Below the pieces are notes generated by a model that was not told the origin of the DNA, did no database searches, and saw only the letters and a program-made list of their open reading frames with translations. Shown here in pieces: positions 9,701 through 18,334 of a stretch of DNA of 64,000 bases; within the stretch, counting starts at the first letter, position 1; every line of letters begins with the position of its first letter. The stretch lies in assembly GCA_965208325.1 (NCBI GenBank), contig OZ242326.1:2464001-2528000 (forward strand). Reading direction: 5' to 3'. The translations under genes and the position numbers were made by a program. This DNA comes from Candidatus Poribacteria bacterium (lineage in GTDB: Bacteria; Poribacteria; WGA-4E; PCPOR2b).

Positions 9701-10787
9701 GATTCGTCAATCTGATTCGGAAATGTTAAACGCGATCGAGGTTCTTGCACGCGATCCCGTACCGTCGGTTCGGATGGTGACAGCAACGGGTTTGTTCATG
9801 GTTTACGTCACTGCTCCAGAAAAATTCTGGCAGATCGTCGGGCAAAGAGCAGCTAATGAGAAAAATCTGGTCGTGCAAGGTCACATGTGTGCTACGTTAA
9901 CTCGGGTTGTCGGGCAAGGAATAGAGGAAGAAGAAAACACTGTAGGTGTTATGGACCAGATGCTGAAGTCGGCACTTGCACGCGCGCAGGCATTAAATCT
10001 GTCAAATTCGTTTGTCAATTTGTTGATGTGGCTGGCAATCGGTCGTAAAAATCCATGGGCATTGCAGACCATCGAACAAACCTTTTTCGAGGTACCAATC
10101 CAGTTCGCTCCATCCATGAATCATGCTGTTTCTTGGGCCATGCGAGAGTTTGTCGTCCCCAAGAATCTCGAATCAGATGACGCATGCGAAACGCTTCAAC
10201 GAGCTATTAAATGGTTAAAACAAGTAATTGACGTGGCTTCAGCCACGATTGAAGAATTGTCCGCGACCACCAACGGCGCTAGGACTGCAGAAACAACGAA
10301 ACAGTTACAGGACATCTACGGTGTGATTGACGAAGTTATCACGCGCCTATACTATACAACGGCCGCCCACGAAAAAGGTCAACCTGAGGAAATTGACGGT
10401 AAGCTACACTGTCAATTCTACGATCAAGTCAAGCCGTTAATGGAAGATGTCACTACTTTCGCATTAGGCGAACACGGCATCATGTTCGCTCCGACAGCCT
10501 ATCGTTTCACGCAACTCCTAACCTGTTTTATAAGCTGTAATCCCAAAGAGGTAATCCATCTCGCAGAGCGTGTTGCGAGGTCAAGCGAACCTTCCGGTTA
10601 TAATTTCGACTCCCTTGCAATCGAGGAAGTAGTCAAATTTGTCGAAATTGTCCTCGCGGACCACCGCAGCGAAGTGCGTGGTGGTGAAAGCTTGGAAAAC
10701 CTCCTGAAGCTGCTGGATATGTTTGCCAAAGCCGGTTGGTCAGATGCCCTAAGGCTCGTCTGGCGTCTTGATGAGATCTTTCGATAG
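6741..10787 (+). CDS. Large STAND/NACHT-like P-loop ATPase with long helical C-terminal region (Avs-like), no N-terminal effector
   Basis: Walker A GSPGVGKT about 25 aa from start, Walker B LLFDAFD, VTVR sensor, IPFNLWLL, IAFSHNILFDY; GTG 6741 follows GGAAAGGA and overlaps the SIR2 3' end. Confidence 0.75.
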   Translation: MRIKREKLLKDLRNFASQGNGVIIGSPGVGKTYLLNELRQNLISAGIPHLLLPIDQLGDGADKTLRQALSFEGDLIEKLLSVPVSDKKPMLLFDAFDAARNEQTRQRFLQLIRRAIQELSAWNVVVTVRTYDAKKSQELLDLFGGTLDPDLHQYQNTAILCRHFTIPRLNEAEIQQALNQMQCPESIYNSGSKEFKPLFAIPFNLWLLEKILKTSPDFDCFSHIRSEVQLLSFFWQRRIEGENNGEHRRFVLEQISHRMVEDNSLSVRQNDVYNDLNLDVPARQGAWDDLLSDEILAKVSLTGQRIAFSHNILFDYAISVLLIDDEPKQLERFILEDPSRPLFLRPSLTYFFTRLWHDDPETFWRAFWHIFPSNQSVHIRLFARLIPTSVIAIEAHVISQLTPFFDKLKSDKEIANQAVMWLLQSLNTLQIERDELWVDFFDQVSENLHSDFAWDLATITSAVLERSKTEDSVTINACGRIGRRLLKWIWQARETSENDWNNRLGSSWAVPLVAKTFGNNPKESRVLLETVLDLTRKENFTINFLMRLTKHVDRIWLHDPEFVTRTYLVVFTHNETSNEMTRLGGGPILPLASTRHQDYSSCQYLLIQHFPNFLRAAPLFATQTMIPILNNFISKTYIFSFEDRVDREDSPEKFNFRGKLAHYVQDYSCEWDKVGYPDEPIQMADSWFDFIAELAGLTEAHLLLDSLLDVFRDDVRVAFFWKRLLKTASQFPDVFAPRLFELCIAKPIHMGNDVLDNLCTFLKAAACHFTRGQRRQIEESILALPRESGNNRLFLHRRRNQLLEKIPSNLLITEAAKKIRKEFERENDVPEIPTSAGFESSRIQNSYDHPFYQGADSDVPENQELKILVDSLTQFSSDWLNGKPTEDAAELILPELRAAYAAINEDEDMDEQVSDRLWYKLTDCAAILSRVVDNTESPLFDFCRLVLLHGATHKLPEPEFERDAQLSSSSYSPFPRHEAAKGLLRLAIRQSDSEMLNAIEVLARDPVPSVRMVTATGLFMVYVTAPEKFWQIVGQRAANEKNLVVQGHMCATLTRVVGQGIEEEENTVGVMDQMLKSALARAQALNLSNSFVNLLMWLAIGRKNPWALQTIEQTFFEVPIQFAPSMNHAVSWAMREFVVPKNLESDDACETLQRAIKWLKQVIDVASATIEELSATTNGARTAETTKQLQDIYGVIDEVITRLYYTTAAHEKGQPEEIDGKLHCQFYDQVKPLMEDVTTFALGEHGIMFAPTAYRFTQLLTCFISCNPKEVIHLAERVARSSEPSGYNFDSLAIEEVVKFVEIVLADHRSEVRGGESLENLLKLLDMFAKAGWSDALRLVWRLDEIFR

Positions 10788-11191
10788 GATTTTTCGTGCA
10801 CACGCCTGGTGCTCGTATTATTGACGGAACACTCAAATAGATCTCGAAGTCATGTAGGATTTCCGTATTCATTCCGCAAAACCCATAACGGTGAGTTTGG
10901 AGACAGCGGAAATCGTTGAAAAGTTGGCTGTTTGAATGGCAGGTCGGGAATGTGCAGGAAAATGAAAAGAGGATAATTGTAGTGTGAGACCCCGCGATAC
11001 GCGATAAAAGATTGTAAACGACCAAATGCTTTAGAAATGTGCTCGGACTAAGTTATTTTGGAAACAATGTGAACCGTATCATTGTTGATCTCAACGCCGA
11101 GTTGGATAGATGGTACAAACCGAATCCAACAGGACAAGGCTGTCACGCTTTTGAGCGAGAAGCCGGTTACAGCTAAGGAAGGCATCGAATC

Positions 11192-11788
11192 GTGAAGCTA
11201 TGCTCATACATAGTAGCAACAGACTACGGATTCGCTCCAAATCCGTTCTACGGCTTCTGTACACTAGCAACTTGCAAATCTAGAATTCGAAAGAGCGCTA
11301 AGATTGGCGACTGGGTTATTGGTACTGGCTCAAAGGCTATTCAACGAGATGGTAATCTTGTCTATGTCATGCGTGTAACGGAGACAATTACGTTTGATGA
11401 ATACTGGAAAGACCCTCGTTTTAGTAATAAACGTCCTGACATGCACGCCAATGACAAGAAAGCCATCTTCGGCGACAATATCTATCACAAAGACCCTGAT
11501 TCAAATGAGTGGTGTCAGATAGATACCTATCACAGCCGTCGCGATAGAACGCCGTGTTATTCGTATATTTGCGATGACACGGAGGTAGACCAAGTCTTAA
11601 TCAGTGACGATTTCATTTACTGGGGAGGAACCGGACCCAAACTCCCTAGGTTTTGTGGGGTCAATTTTTGCTGGGATCGGCAGGGGCATAAGTGCAATTT
11701 TCCACAAGAAGCTGTTGCAGAATTAATCGCGTGGATTCGTAGTCTCAAAGATAGGGGCTACTGCGGTCGTCCTTCAGACTGGCGATGA
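11192..11788 (+). CDS. Nmad2-family (nucleotide-modification-associated domain 2) protein
   Basis: SYIVATDYGFAPNPFYGFCTLATCKSRIRKSAKIGDWVIGTGS, GDNIY, VLISDDFIYWG signature. Confidence 0.8.
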   Translation: MKLCSYIVATDYGFAPNPFYGFCTLATCKSRIRKSAKIGDWVIGTGSKAIQRDGNLVYVMRVTETITFDEYWKDPRFSNKRPDMHANDKKAIFGDNIYHKDPDSNEWCQIDTYHSRRDRTPCYSYICDDTEVDQVLISDDFIYWGGTGPKLPRFCGVNFCWDRQGHKCNFPQEAVAELIAWIRSLKDRGYCGRPSDWR

Positions 11789-11879
11789 CCCGCAATACAT
11801 CGTCAAACTCATCGCCAAAGTAATCACCGTCAGCCTCGAAACCGTCGACATTGTGGAAAATTTGCCGGAATTGGGATAA
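11781..11879 (+). repeat. Direct repeat copy B: displaced RM-gene 3' end (GDDPQYIVKLIAKVITVSLETVDIVENLPELG-stop)
   Basis: Matches 5442-5537 and carries its own in-frame TAA at 11877-11879. Confidence 0.92.
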
Positions 11880-11904
11880 AAATGGATATGGAGGAAATTC
11901 AACG

Positions 11905-12750
11905 ATGTCAAATTCTATCGTTAACTTGGGAAAGCTAGCAAAGCCTTTTGACACCCTGGTCAAGAAAATTGCGAAAGGCATCGGTGGCACGGTTGCTCCT
12001 TGGCAGATCAAAAGAGTTGCTAGGGCAGAAGCTGAGGCTGCAAGAATTAATGCGCAATCTGAGATTGAAGTGACCGACTTACATCAAAGAGCCGCGCAGC
12101 GTCGAATTGAAGAAGATGCACGTCAACAAAAGAATATGGAAGATATTATCACTAAAGCAGCACCACATTTGAAAGAAGATGCAAAACCCGACGCCATGGC
12201 TGACGACTGGATCTCCAACTTCTTTGATAAATCTCGAATCGTATCCGACAGTGAAATGCAGAGTTTGTGGTCGCGCGTACTGGCAGGTGAAGCGAACACT
12301 CCTGGTACCTACTCCAAGCGTACCGTTAATCTTATTGCGGAGTTTGACAGGCGCGATGCTGAACTTTTCACTAAGCTTTGTGGATTTGGCTGGATTATAG
12401 GAAATGTAATACCTTTGGTGTTTGATGTGCAGGCGGAAATTTACACTAAACAAGGAATAACCTTCGATAGCGTGAGTCATCTTGAAAGTTTTGGACTTGT
12501 TCAATCTGCAGGAGTTACTGGTTTCAGCCGAGTCAATTTGCGCAAAAGACTTATTGTGTACTACTATAGTAAGCCATTGCTACTGGAATTCCCCAAGGAT
12601 ACTGGTAACGAGCTAAAGATTGGAAAGATACGTCTCACTAAAATCGGACAGGAACTTGCGCCAATATGCGGAAGTAAGCCAGTAGAAGGTTTCTACGAAT
12701 ACGTCAAGAACCGGTGGAAGCAATTCATTCCCAAGGGTGAAAAAACATAA
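11905..12750 (+). CDS. DUF2806-like protein
   Basis: RQQKNMEDI, DDWISNFF, SDSEMQSLWSRVLAGEANTPGTYSKRT pattern; GGAGG RBS before ATG 11905. Confidence 0.75.
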   Translation: MSNSIVNLGKLAKPFDTLVKKIAKGIGGTVAPWQIKRVARAEAEAARINAQSEIEVTDLHQRAAQRRIEEDARQQKNMEDIITKAAPHLKEDAKPDAMADDWISNFFDKSRIVSDSEMQSLWSRVLAGEANTPGTYSKRTVNLIAEFDRRDAELFTKLCGFGWIIGNVIPLVFDVQAEIYTKQGITFDSVSHLESFGLVQSAGVTGFSRVNLRKRLIVYYYSKPLLLEFPKDTGNELKIGKIRLTKIGQELAPICGSKPVEGFYEYVKNRWKQFIPKGEKT

Positions 12751-12769
12751 TAGCAGTAGTAAGTCCTTA

Positions 12770-12873
12770 GTAGGTTGGGCAGAGTGAACACATTCGTAGC
12801 GCTTGGAAAGACTGCACAAGGTAGCAGGTGAAAACCACCGTTTTCTTTCTATAGCCCATTAGCGAAACCCAAC
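12770..12873 (+). repeat. ~100-bp GTAG-type REP-like element
   Basis: GTAGGTTGGG...GCGAAACCCAAC ends; family members at 14140-14241, 14382-14484(-), 53595-53694, 55469-55568. Confidence 0.75.
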
Positions 12874-13106
12874 GCTTTTGGAATTACCTTCAACTTGCGT
12901 AACGCATTGTTACGTTGGCTATGCGAGATAAAAATAATTCCTCTAGCAAACGACGAATAGGCGATTGGACACCGTAGGTGCGAATTGGTCTCTGCCAACT
13001 CATTTACAGGAGTTCAGAAGCTGAAATTGCAGCCACAGACGTATCGGTAGACTTAACAGAAGGTGACTTGCACCTCGCGTAGCAAGACATAGAAAAGGAG
13101 AAACTC

Positions 13107-14054
13107 ATGCGCCAGATGACATGGATAGGCAGACCCGTAAACGAAAACTCTGACCACTTCGAAAAAATACGCGGTCTTATTCCGACCTTCAGCAGAGAGG
13201 GTTTTAAAATCGATGGCCAAGAAAACGAGCATCTCGACATGATTGTCAAGCTGCCTCGATACCCAAACGATACAAAAATTCCAGTGGCAACGGTATCGAA
13301 ATCCTACTCGCTCATTCAACACCGTGAAATACTCAACGAAATAGAAAGCGCGTTGAAAACTATGGGTTACCCAATCGAAAATTTTGAAACAGACCTACAA
13401 TTGACAATCTACGGAGAACGCATGTGGTTGAGGATTACTTTCCAAGAGGAGCACTCGTTTGATCCCGGAGATGGGTACCCGCTAACACTACAGCTTCACG
13501 TTATTAACTCGGTTGACGGGAGCACTCCACTAACCTACGAAATGTGCTGGTTCAGACTCATCTGTGAAAACGGTCTTATGCAGTCCAACAGCGCAAGTGC
13601 CCGAATAAGGCACACTGCCTCACTAGATAAAACAAAATTCGTTGAACTCCTCGATTCCAGCATTAACGAGATGCGCGCTGAAGCCGATGCATACATGACT
13701 TGGTACGAAATACCGTTAAACCCGGGCACACAGATATTGGAAGACTGGATTGACTCGACGGTGAATAATAAGTGGGGCTTCCGGCTCGCAGCGCGTAGCT
13801 ATCACATAATTAAAACCGGAATGGACGGTAGAGTAGACAAAGTCGACGCGACTTCGGCGGAAAAACGTAAAGCCCCGCACACAATCAAAGTTTCGTCCGA
13901 ACAATCGGTGCCGGGGGCAATACCTGCTGAGAATGTCTATGATGTTGCAAACGCACTATCCTGGATTGCGTCACACCGCAATTCACTCCAAACTCGATAC
14001 AATTACATGAAGGCGATGCCTGAGCTACTTGCCGATCTTAACCAGAGACTCTAA
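13107..14054 (+). CDS. DUF932/DUF945-like mobile-element-associated protein
   Basis: VSKSYSLIQHRE, INSVDGS, FRLICENG motifs. Confidence 0.75.
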   Translation: MRQMTWIGRPVNENSDHFEKIRGLIPTFSREGFKIDGQENEHLDMIVKLPRYPNDTKIPVATVSKSYSLIQHREILNEIESALKTMGYPIENFETDLQLTIYGERMWLRITFQEEHSFDPGDGYPLTLQLHVINSVDGSTPLTYEMCWFRLICENGLMQSNSASARIRHTASLDKTKFVELLDSSINEMRAEADAYMTWYEIPLNPGTQILEDWIDSTVNNKWGFRLAARSYHIIKTGMDGRVDKVDATSAEKRKAPHTIKVSSEQSVPGAIPAENVYDVANALSWIASHRNSLQTRYNYMKAMPELLADLNQRL

Positions 14055-14139
14055 GGCAATTAAGACCCATTTGAAAACTTTCAACCTATTGAAGTAGACA
14101 ACCACGTACACATATGAAATTGCAATGTGAGTTGTTTTT

Positions 14140-14579
14140 GTAGGTTGGGTAGAGCGGATATGGTGAAACATGCGTGGTATTTGGTAAGCATTACATACGT
14201 TGAAATTGTTTGGCACATGTAATAGTGTAGCAAAACCCAACGTTTTTGAAACGTTCGCATAGCCGACCGGCAGACGCCAACACCGGAACACTAGGAACAA
14301 GGAACTACAATGAGCGTAATAGGAATTCGGAGCGGTGTATAGTAATCGGAATTTGTTAGCGTTCCCGGAGGGTATAAAAGCGTTGGGTTTCGTTCTGGGC
14401 GTATTGACAACAGCATTGTTAGAAATTCGTAACGGTCAATTGCTATCAGAACCGTTTTGGAATTACCCGCTCTACCCAACCTACAGAAACTGCGTGAATC
14501 AAATTTGGAGGTCGTTAGGCTTCCAGAATGAAACGTAAAACTGTACATCATTTGGTGAAATCCGCTCAGCCCAACCTAC
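14140..14579. repeat. Cluster of REP-like elements (14140-14241 +, 14382-14484 -, partial copy ending 14579 -)
   Basis: GTAGGTTGGGTAGAGCGG...AAACCCAAC and reverse complement GTTGGGTTTCG...CCGCTCTACCCAACCTAC. Confidence 0.75.
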
Positions 14580-14621
14580 TAGAGCTGTCCAGTTCACATA
14601 ACGCAAAAACGAAATTACAAT

Positions 14622-16694
14622 ATGAATTCATGTCAACCCACGATTGATCGACACACGCCAATGAAAACCCAAGCATTTCGTTACACGCTTATCCTATTGA
14701 GCGGACTTACCTTGTCTACATTCGCCCCGGTTGCTGACGCTCAAATTCAAGATTTCTCAATGTTGAATTTACCTGACGGAGCGATTGTCCGCTTGGGCAA
14801 AGGCGGGGTGAGTTTCGGCGACCGAGGTATCGCGTTTTCGCCCGATGGAAGCCGCCTCGCCGTAGCAACCAGCATCGGCATTTGGCTTTACGATGCCGAG
14901 ACGCTTAGTGAAATTGCACTGCTAGCCGGCCACAACGAAAAGGTGTCCACCGTGGCGTTCTCGCCTGACGGCAAAAAACTGGCTTCAGGGTCGGGCTCCC
15001 AATTGCCCGGAACGCTAAAACTTTGGGATGTCGAAAGCGGACAAAATATCGTTGCATTCCACGTAGAGAGAAGTTCAGTTGTTTCTGCGGCGTTCTCGCC
15101 TGACGGGGCAAAACTTGCCTGGGCGGGACGACTTTGGGATGTGGCAACCGGGCAACAACTCGATATAATCCAAGATAAGGGGTTGTTCAAGCTCGAGTTT
15201 TCGTCCGATGGTGTGATGTTAGCGGGGACAAGCATAAGCGCCGTTAACGGGAAGCGGGCGGGTATTGTAAAGTTATACGATATCGAAACCGGACAACTCC
15301 TTAAAACGCTAAATCAGGGTACAGAACGGGTCTCATCAATCGCCTTTTCACCTGATGGACATCTGTTAGCTTCAGGCTCGGCAGTCGACGGTACAGTCAA
15401 TCTGTGGGATGTAGATTCTGGGCAAAATACCGCCGTATTTACAGTGAAACCAAATGATGGTGTCGCAATGTGTGTTGCGTTCTCACCCGACGGCGCAAAA
15501 CTCGCCGTGGCGTCAGCGGCGGGAATCACCCTGTTGGAAGTATCCACGGGGCAGCATCTCTACACACGGCAACACGTCGAAATCGGCAAACTAGAAATTT
15601 CAGTGGACGTTTTCTCTGTTGCGTTTTCGCCCGACGGCACGAAACTCGCCTCAGCGTCATGGGATGGCGTCAAGCTGTGGGATGCGGCGGCCGGGCAAAA
15701 TATCGCCGCCTTACCCGGCCATGCGCGGGCGGTGAATGCTGTCGCGTTCGCACCTGACGGGTTGACGCTCGCGTCAAATTCGATAAGCGGCGTCCAAGTG
15801 TGGGAGGTTGCCGCCGGACAGCATATCGCCACGCTGGCAGGACCTCCGAATTTTGCCGCCTCCTTTGCGTATTCGCCAGACGGCACAAGACTCGCCGCGG
15901 GGTCAGCCGATGCAAGGAACGCCGAGCATACAGTTAAAATCTGGGACGTAGATACGGGGAAAAATACGTATACCCTGCAAGGGCACTCTGACTTAGTGAC
16001 CGCGGTCGCGTACTCGCAAGACGGAACGCTGCTTGCCGCAGGGTCAAAAGATAGAACTATCAACGTGTGGGATGTCAAAACAGGGCAAAGCGCCGCCAGA
16101 CTACAAGGGCATGAGAGCTCAATCAACGCTGTCGCGTTTTCGCCCGATGGAACGAAACTGGCTTCCGGCGCGGACGATACGTCAATTCGGTTGTGGGAGA
16201 TTCCGAATGGCAAAACACTGCATACACTAGGCGGGGTAAATAGCCCCCAAACCCCGGCAAAAGTGCTGCCCGCGCCGCGCCGAGGAGAGGACATCAACGA
16301 AGTTCAGATGGACAGTGACGGTGATGTTGAACCCGAGATTATCAGGGGTTCTGTCCGATCTGTCGCATTTTCGCCGGACGGGACGAAACTCGCCTCTGCG
16401 TCGATGGATGGCGTCAGACTGTGGCATGTAGGGAGGGGGCAGCTTCTCGGGGCGCTTACGGACGGGGAAGCATCTCCGGGTTTCTCCGTTGCATTTTCTC
16501 CGGATGGCGCAAAACTCGCTTCAGGATCCTGGGATGACACGGCAAAGCTGTGGGATGTTTCCACGCAAAAACATATCGCCGCATTTCGAGGGCATACCGG
16601 CAACGTCTGGACTGTGGCGTTTTCGCCCGACGGCACAAAACTGGCTTCAGGATCAGATGATGGAACGGTGCTGCTGTGGAATGCACCGGAGTAA
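14622..16694 (+). CDS. Secreted WD40-repeat beta-propeller protein
   Basis: Signal-peptide-like N-terminus; more than 12 repeats of VAFSPDG.KLASGS.D.T..LWD. Confidence 0.92.
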   Translation: MNSCQPTIDRHTPMKTQAFRYTLILLSGLTLSTFAPVADAQIQDFSMLNLPDGAIVRLGKGGVSFGDRGIAFSPDGSRLAVATSIGIWLYDAETLSEIALLAGHNEKVSTVAFSPDGKKLASGSGSQLPGTLKLWDVESGQNIVAFHVERSSVVSAAFSPDGAKLAWAGRLWDVATGQQLDIIQDKGLFKLEFSSDGVMLAGTSISAVNGKRAGIVKLYDIETGQLLKTLNQGTERVSSIAFSPDGHLLASGSAVDGTVNLWDVDSGQNTAVFTVKPNDGVAMCVAFSPDGAKLAVASAAGITLLEVSTGQHLYTRQHVEIGKLEISVDVFSVAFSPDGTKLASASWDGVKLWDAAAGQNIAALPGHARAVNAVAFAPDGLTLASNSISGVQVWEVAAGQHIATLAGPPNFAASFAYSPDGTRLAAGSADARNAEHTVKIWDVDTGKNTYTLQGHSDLVTAVAYSQDGTLLAAGSKDRTINVWDVKTGQSAARLQGHESSINAVAFSPDGTKLASGADDTSIRLWEIPNGKTLHTLGGVNSPQTPAKVLPAPRRGEDINEVQMDSDGDVEPEIIRGSVRSVAFSPDGTKLASASMDGVRLWHVGRGQLLGALTDGEASPGFSVAFSPDGAKLASGSWDDTAKLWDVSTQKHIAAFRGHTGNVWTVAFSPDGTKLASGSDDGTVLLWNAPE

Positions 16695-16955
16695 ATCGGC
16701 GACTGAATCGTTTTGGCCATCGGACAAAAAAACACCCGTGAGCGGCAACATCGCAATCTCTTCGACACGAGTGGAAATCCGTCACCGTACCGGGGAATGT
16801 GGTATAATGTAGATGAGTCGATGGTGCTCGCCTTTCTGTTTTTGTCAACCCACTGACTTTGTAACAAACTGTATTCCTCAATATATAGCGACTATCATAG
16901 TAGTTTCATTCGAGTCGTATTGACGTGCCGGTGCTAGAGTTAAGGAGTTTTTTGC

Positions 16956-18260
16956 ATGTTAAAAATTTTTGAAGCCCATACCGAAGAAGCGCAAGCCTTC
17001 ATCAATCGGTTAAACCTGCGCGGACGACTCGACGATGAAGTAATTTTGAAAACGGTACGCCGCATATTACAAGATGTTCGTAAAAATGGGGACGCCGCCG
17101 TAATCAAGTATACACGAAGGTTCGATGCACCGAGAATATCCGCAAAAGAGCTGCGGGTAAAAGCAAAAGAATTCAACGACGCACAGTCGCATGTCGATCC
17201 GGAATTCATTGATGCGGTCAGGCTCGCCCGGCAGAATATCGAAAGATTTCATCGGAAGCAGTTACGAAATTCATGGTTCACCGCCGAAGAAAACGGTGTC
17301 CTTTTAGGGCATATGATTCGCCCATTGAGGCGTGTCGGCGTATGTGTACCTTCGGTAAGTCAGCTATTGGTTTCGTCGCTCATTATGAACGTGGTTCCGG
17401 CAAAGGTTGCCGGCGTTGAAGAGATTGCCGTATTCATGGGCCCCATGCGAAATCGAAAGATTAATCCGCACATGCTTGTTGCCGCGGCAGAATGCGGCGT
17501 TCAGGAGGTTTACAAGTGCGGCGGCGCCCAAGCTGTCGCTGCAATGGCTTACGGAACGGAATCTTTGCCAAAAGTGGACAAGATTGTCGGGCCGGGAAAC
17601 TCGTTTGTCCAACTCGCCAAGAAAGAGGTCTACGGTATGGTCGACATTGACAAATTGGCGGGGCCGAGTGAAGTCCTCGTTATCGCCGACCAGAGCGCTG
17701 AACCGGCTTTCATCGCAGCAGATTTAATCTCTCAGGCAGAACACAGTGAAGATAGCTCCGCGATTCTTGTGACGCCGTCAAGAACACTCGCAGAACAGGT
17801 TCGAAAAGAGGTTGAATTGCAGACGAAAGCACTGCCGCGCCAGTCTGAACTTACAAGCGCGTTTGAGAACCACAGCGCCGCGCTGGTCGTCCCCGATCTG
17901 GCGGAAGCAATCAATCTGACAAATGCAATCGCTCCTGAACACGTTGAGTTGGAAGTGGAACGCCCATTCGAGTGGATTGGTGAAATTCGCAATGCGGGCG
18001 CAATTTTGGTGGGGCCTTACACACCGGAATCCGTTGGCGATTATATCGCAGGACCCAATCACATTCTTCCGACAGGGGGTGCGGCGCGATACGCATCACC
18101 GTTGAACGTCGACGATTTTCTTAAGAAGACCAGCGTCATCTCTTATACCGAGTCGGCTCTAAAAAAGGTGACCCCCGCCGTGGTCAAACTGGCGCAGGTG
18201 GAAGGGTTGGACGGACATGCAGCCGCGATGACAACCCGGTTTGATAGAAATCAGGAATAA
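16956..18260 (+). CDS. hisD: Histidinol dehydrogenase
   Basis: GGAQAVAAMAYG, KIVGPGN, AGPSEVLVIAD, SQAEH, APEH, GDYIAGPNHILPT. Confidence 0.96.
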   Translation: MLKIFEAHTEEAQAFINRLNLRGRLDDEVILKTVRRILQDVRKNGDAAVIKYTRRFDAPRISAKELRVKAKEFNDAQSHVDPEFIDAVRLARQNIERFHRKQLRNSWFTAEENGVLLGHMIRPLRRVGVCVPSVSQLLVSSLIMNVVPAKVAGVEEIAVFMGPMRNRKINPHMLVAAAECGVQEVYKCGGAQAVAAMAYGTESLPKVDKIVGPGNSFVQLAKKEVYGMVDIDKLAGPSEVLVIADQSAEPAFIAADLISQAEHSEDSSAILVTPSRTLAEQVRKEVELQTKALPRQSELTSAFENHSAALVVPDLAEAINLTNAIAPEHVELEVERPFEWIGEIRNAGAILVGPYTPESVGDYIAGPNHILPTGGAARYASPLNVDDFLKKTSVISYTESALKKVTPAVVKLAQVEGLDGHAAAMTTRFDRNQE

Positions 18261-18334
18261 GTAAATCTTGCAATCACCAGCGATGGTGTGACCTCTGCAT
18301 TTTCGCGGACGCGGTTTGCACAGCGCCGTTTTTG

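Noticed and set aside
10788..11191. Hidden small gene or ncRNA between the ATPase and Nmad2 (as in retron-like systems)
   Set aside because: No credible plus-strand ORF, no flanking inverted repeats, and no reverse transcriptase in the window
14235..14388. Integron attC site (ACCCAAC ... GTTGGGT fits RYYYAAC/GTTRRRY)
   Set aside because: The boxes are the ends of two adjacent inverted REP elements; no internal L-box pairing seen and no integron integrase
12770..14579. CRISPR array (conserved repeats with variable inserts)
   Set aside because: Copies are dispersed, in both orientations, not regularly spaced, and there are no cas genes
14888..16881. Long antisense ORFs over the WD40 gene (and similar ones over trpE, Ldh_2, cydA and others)
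   Set aside because: Shadow frames of repetitive or GC-biased coding sequence with no independent motifs
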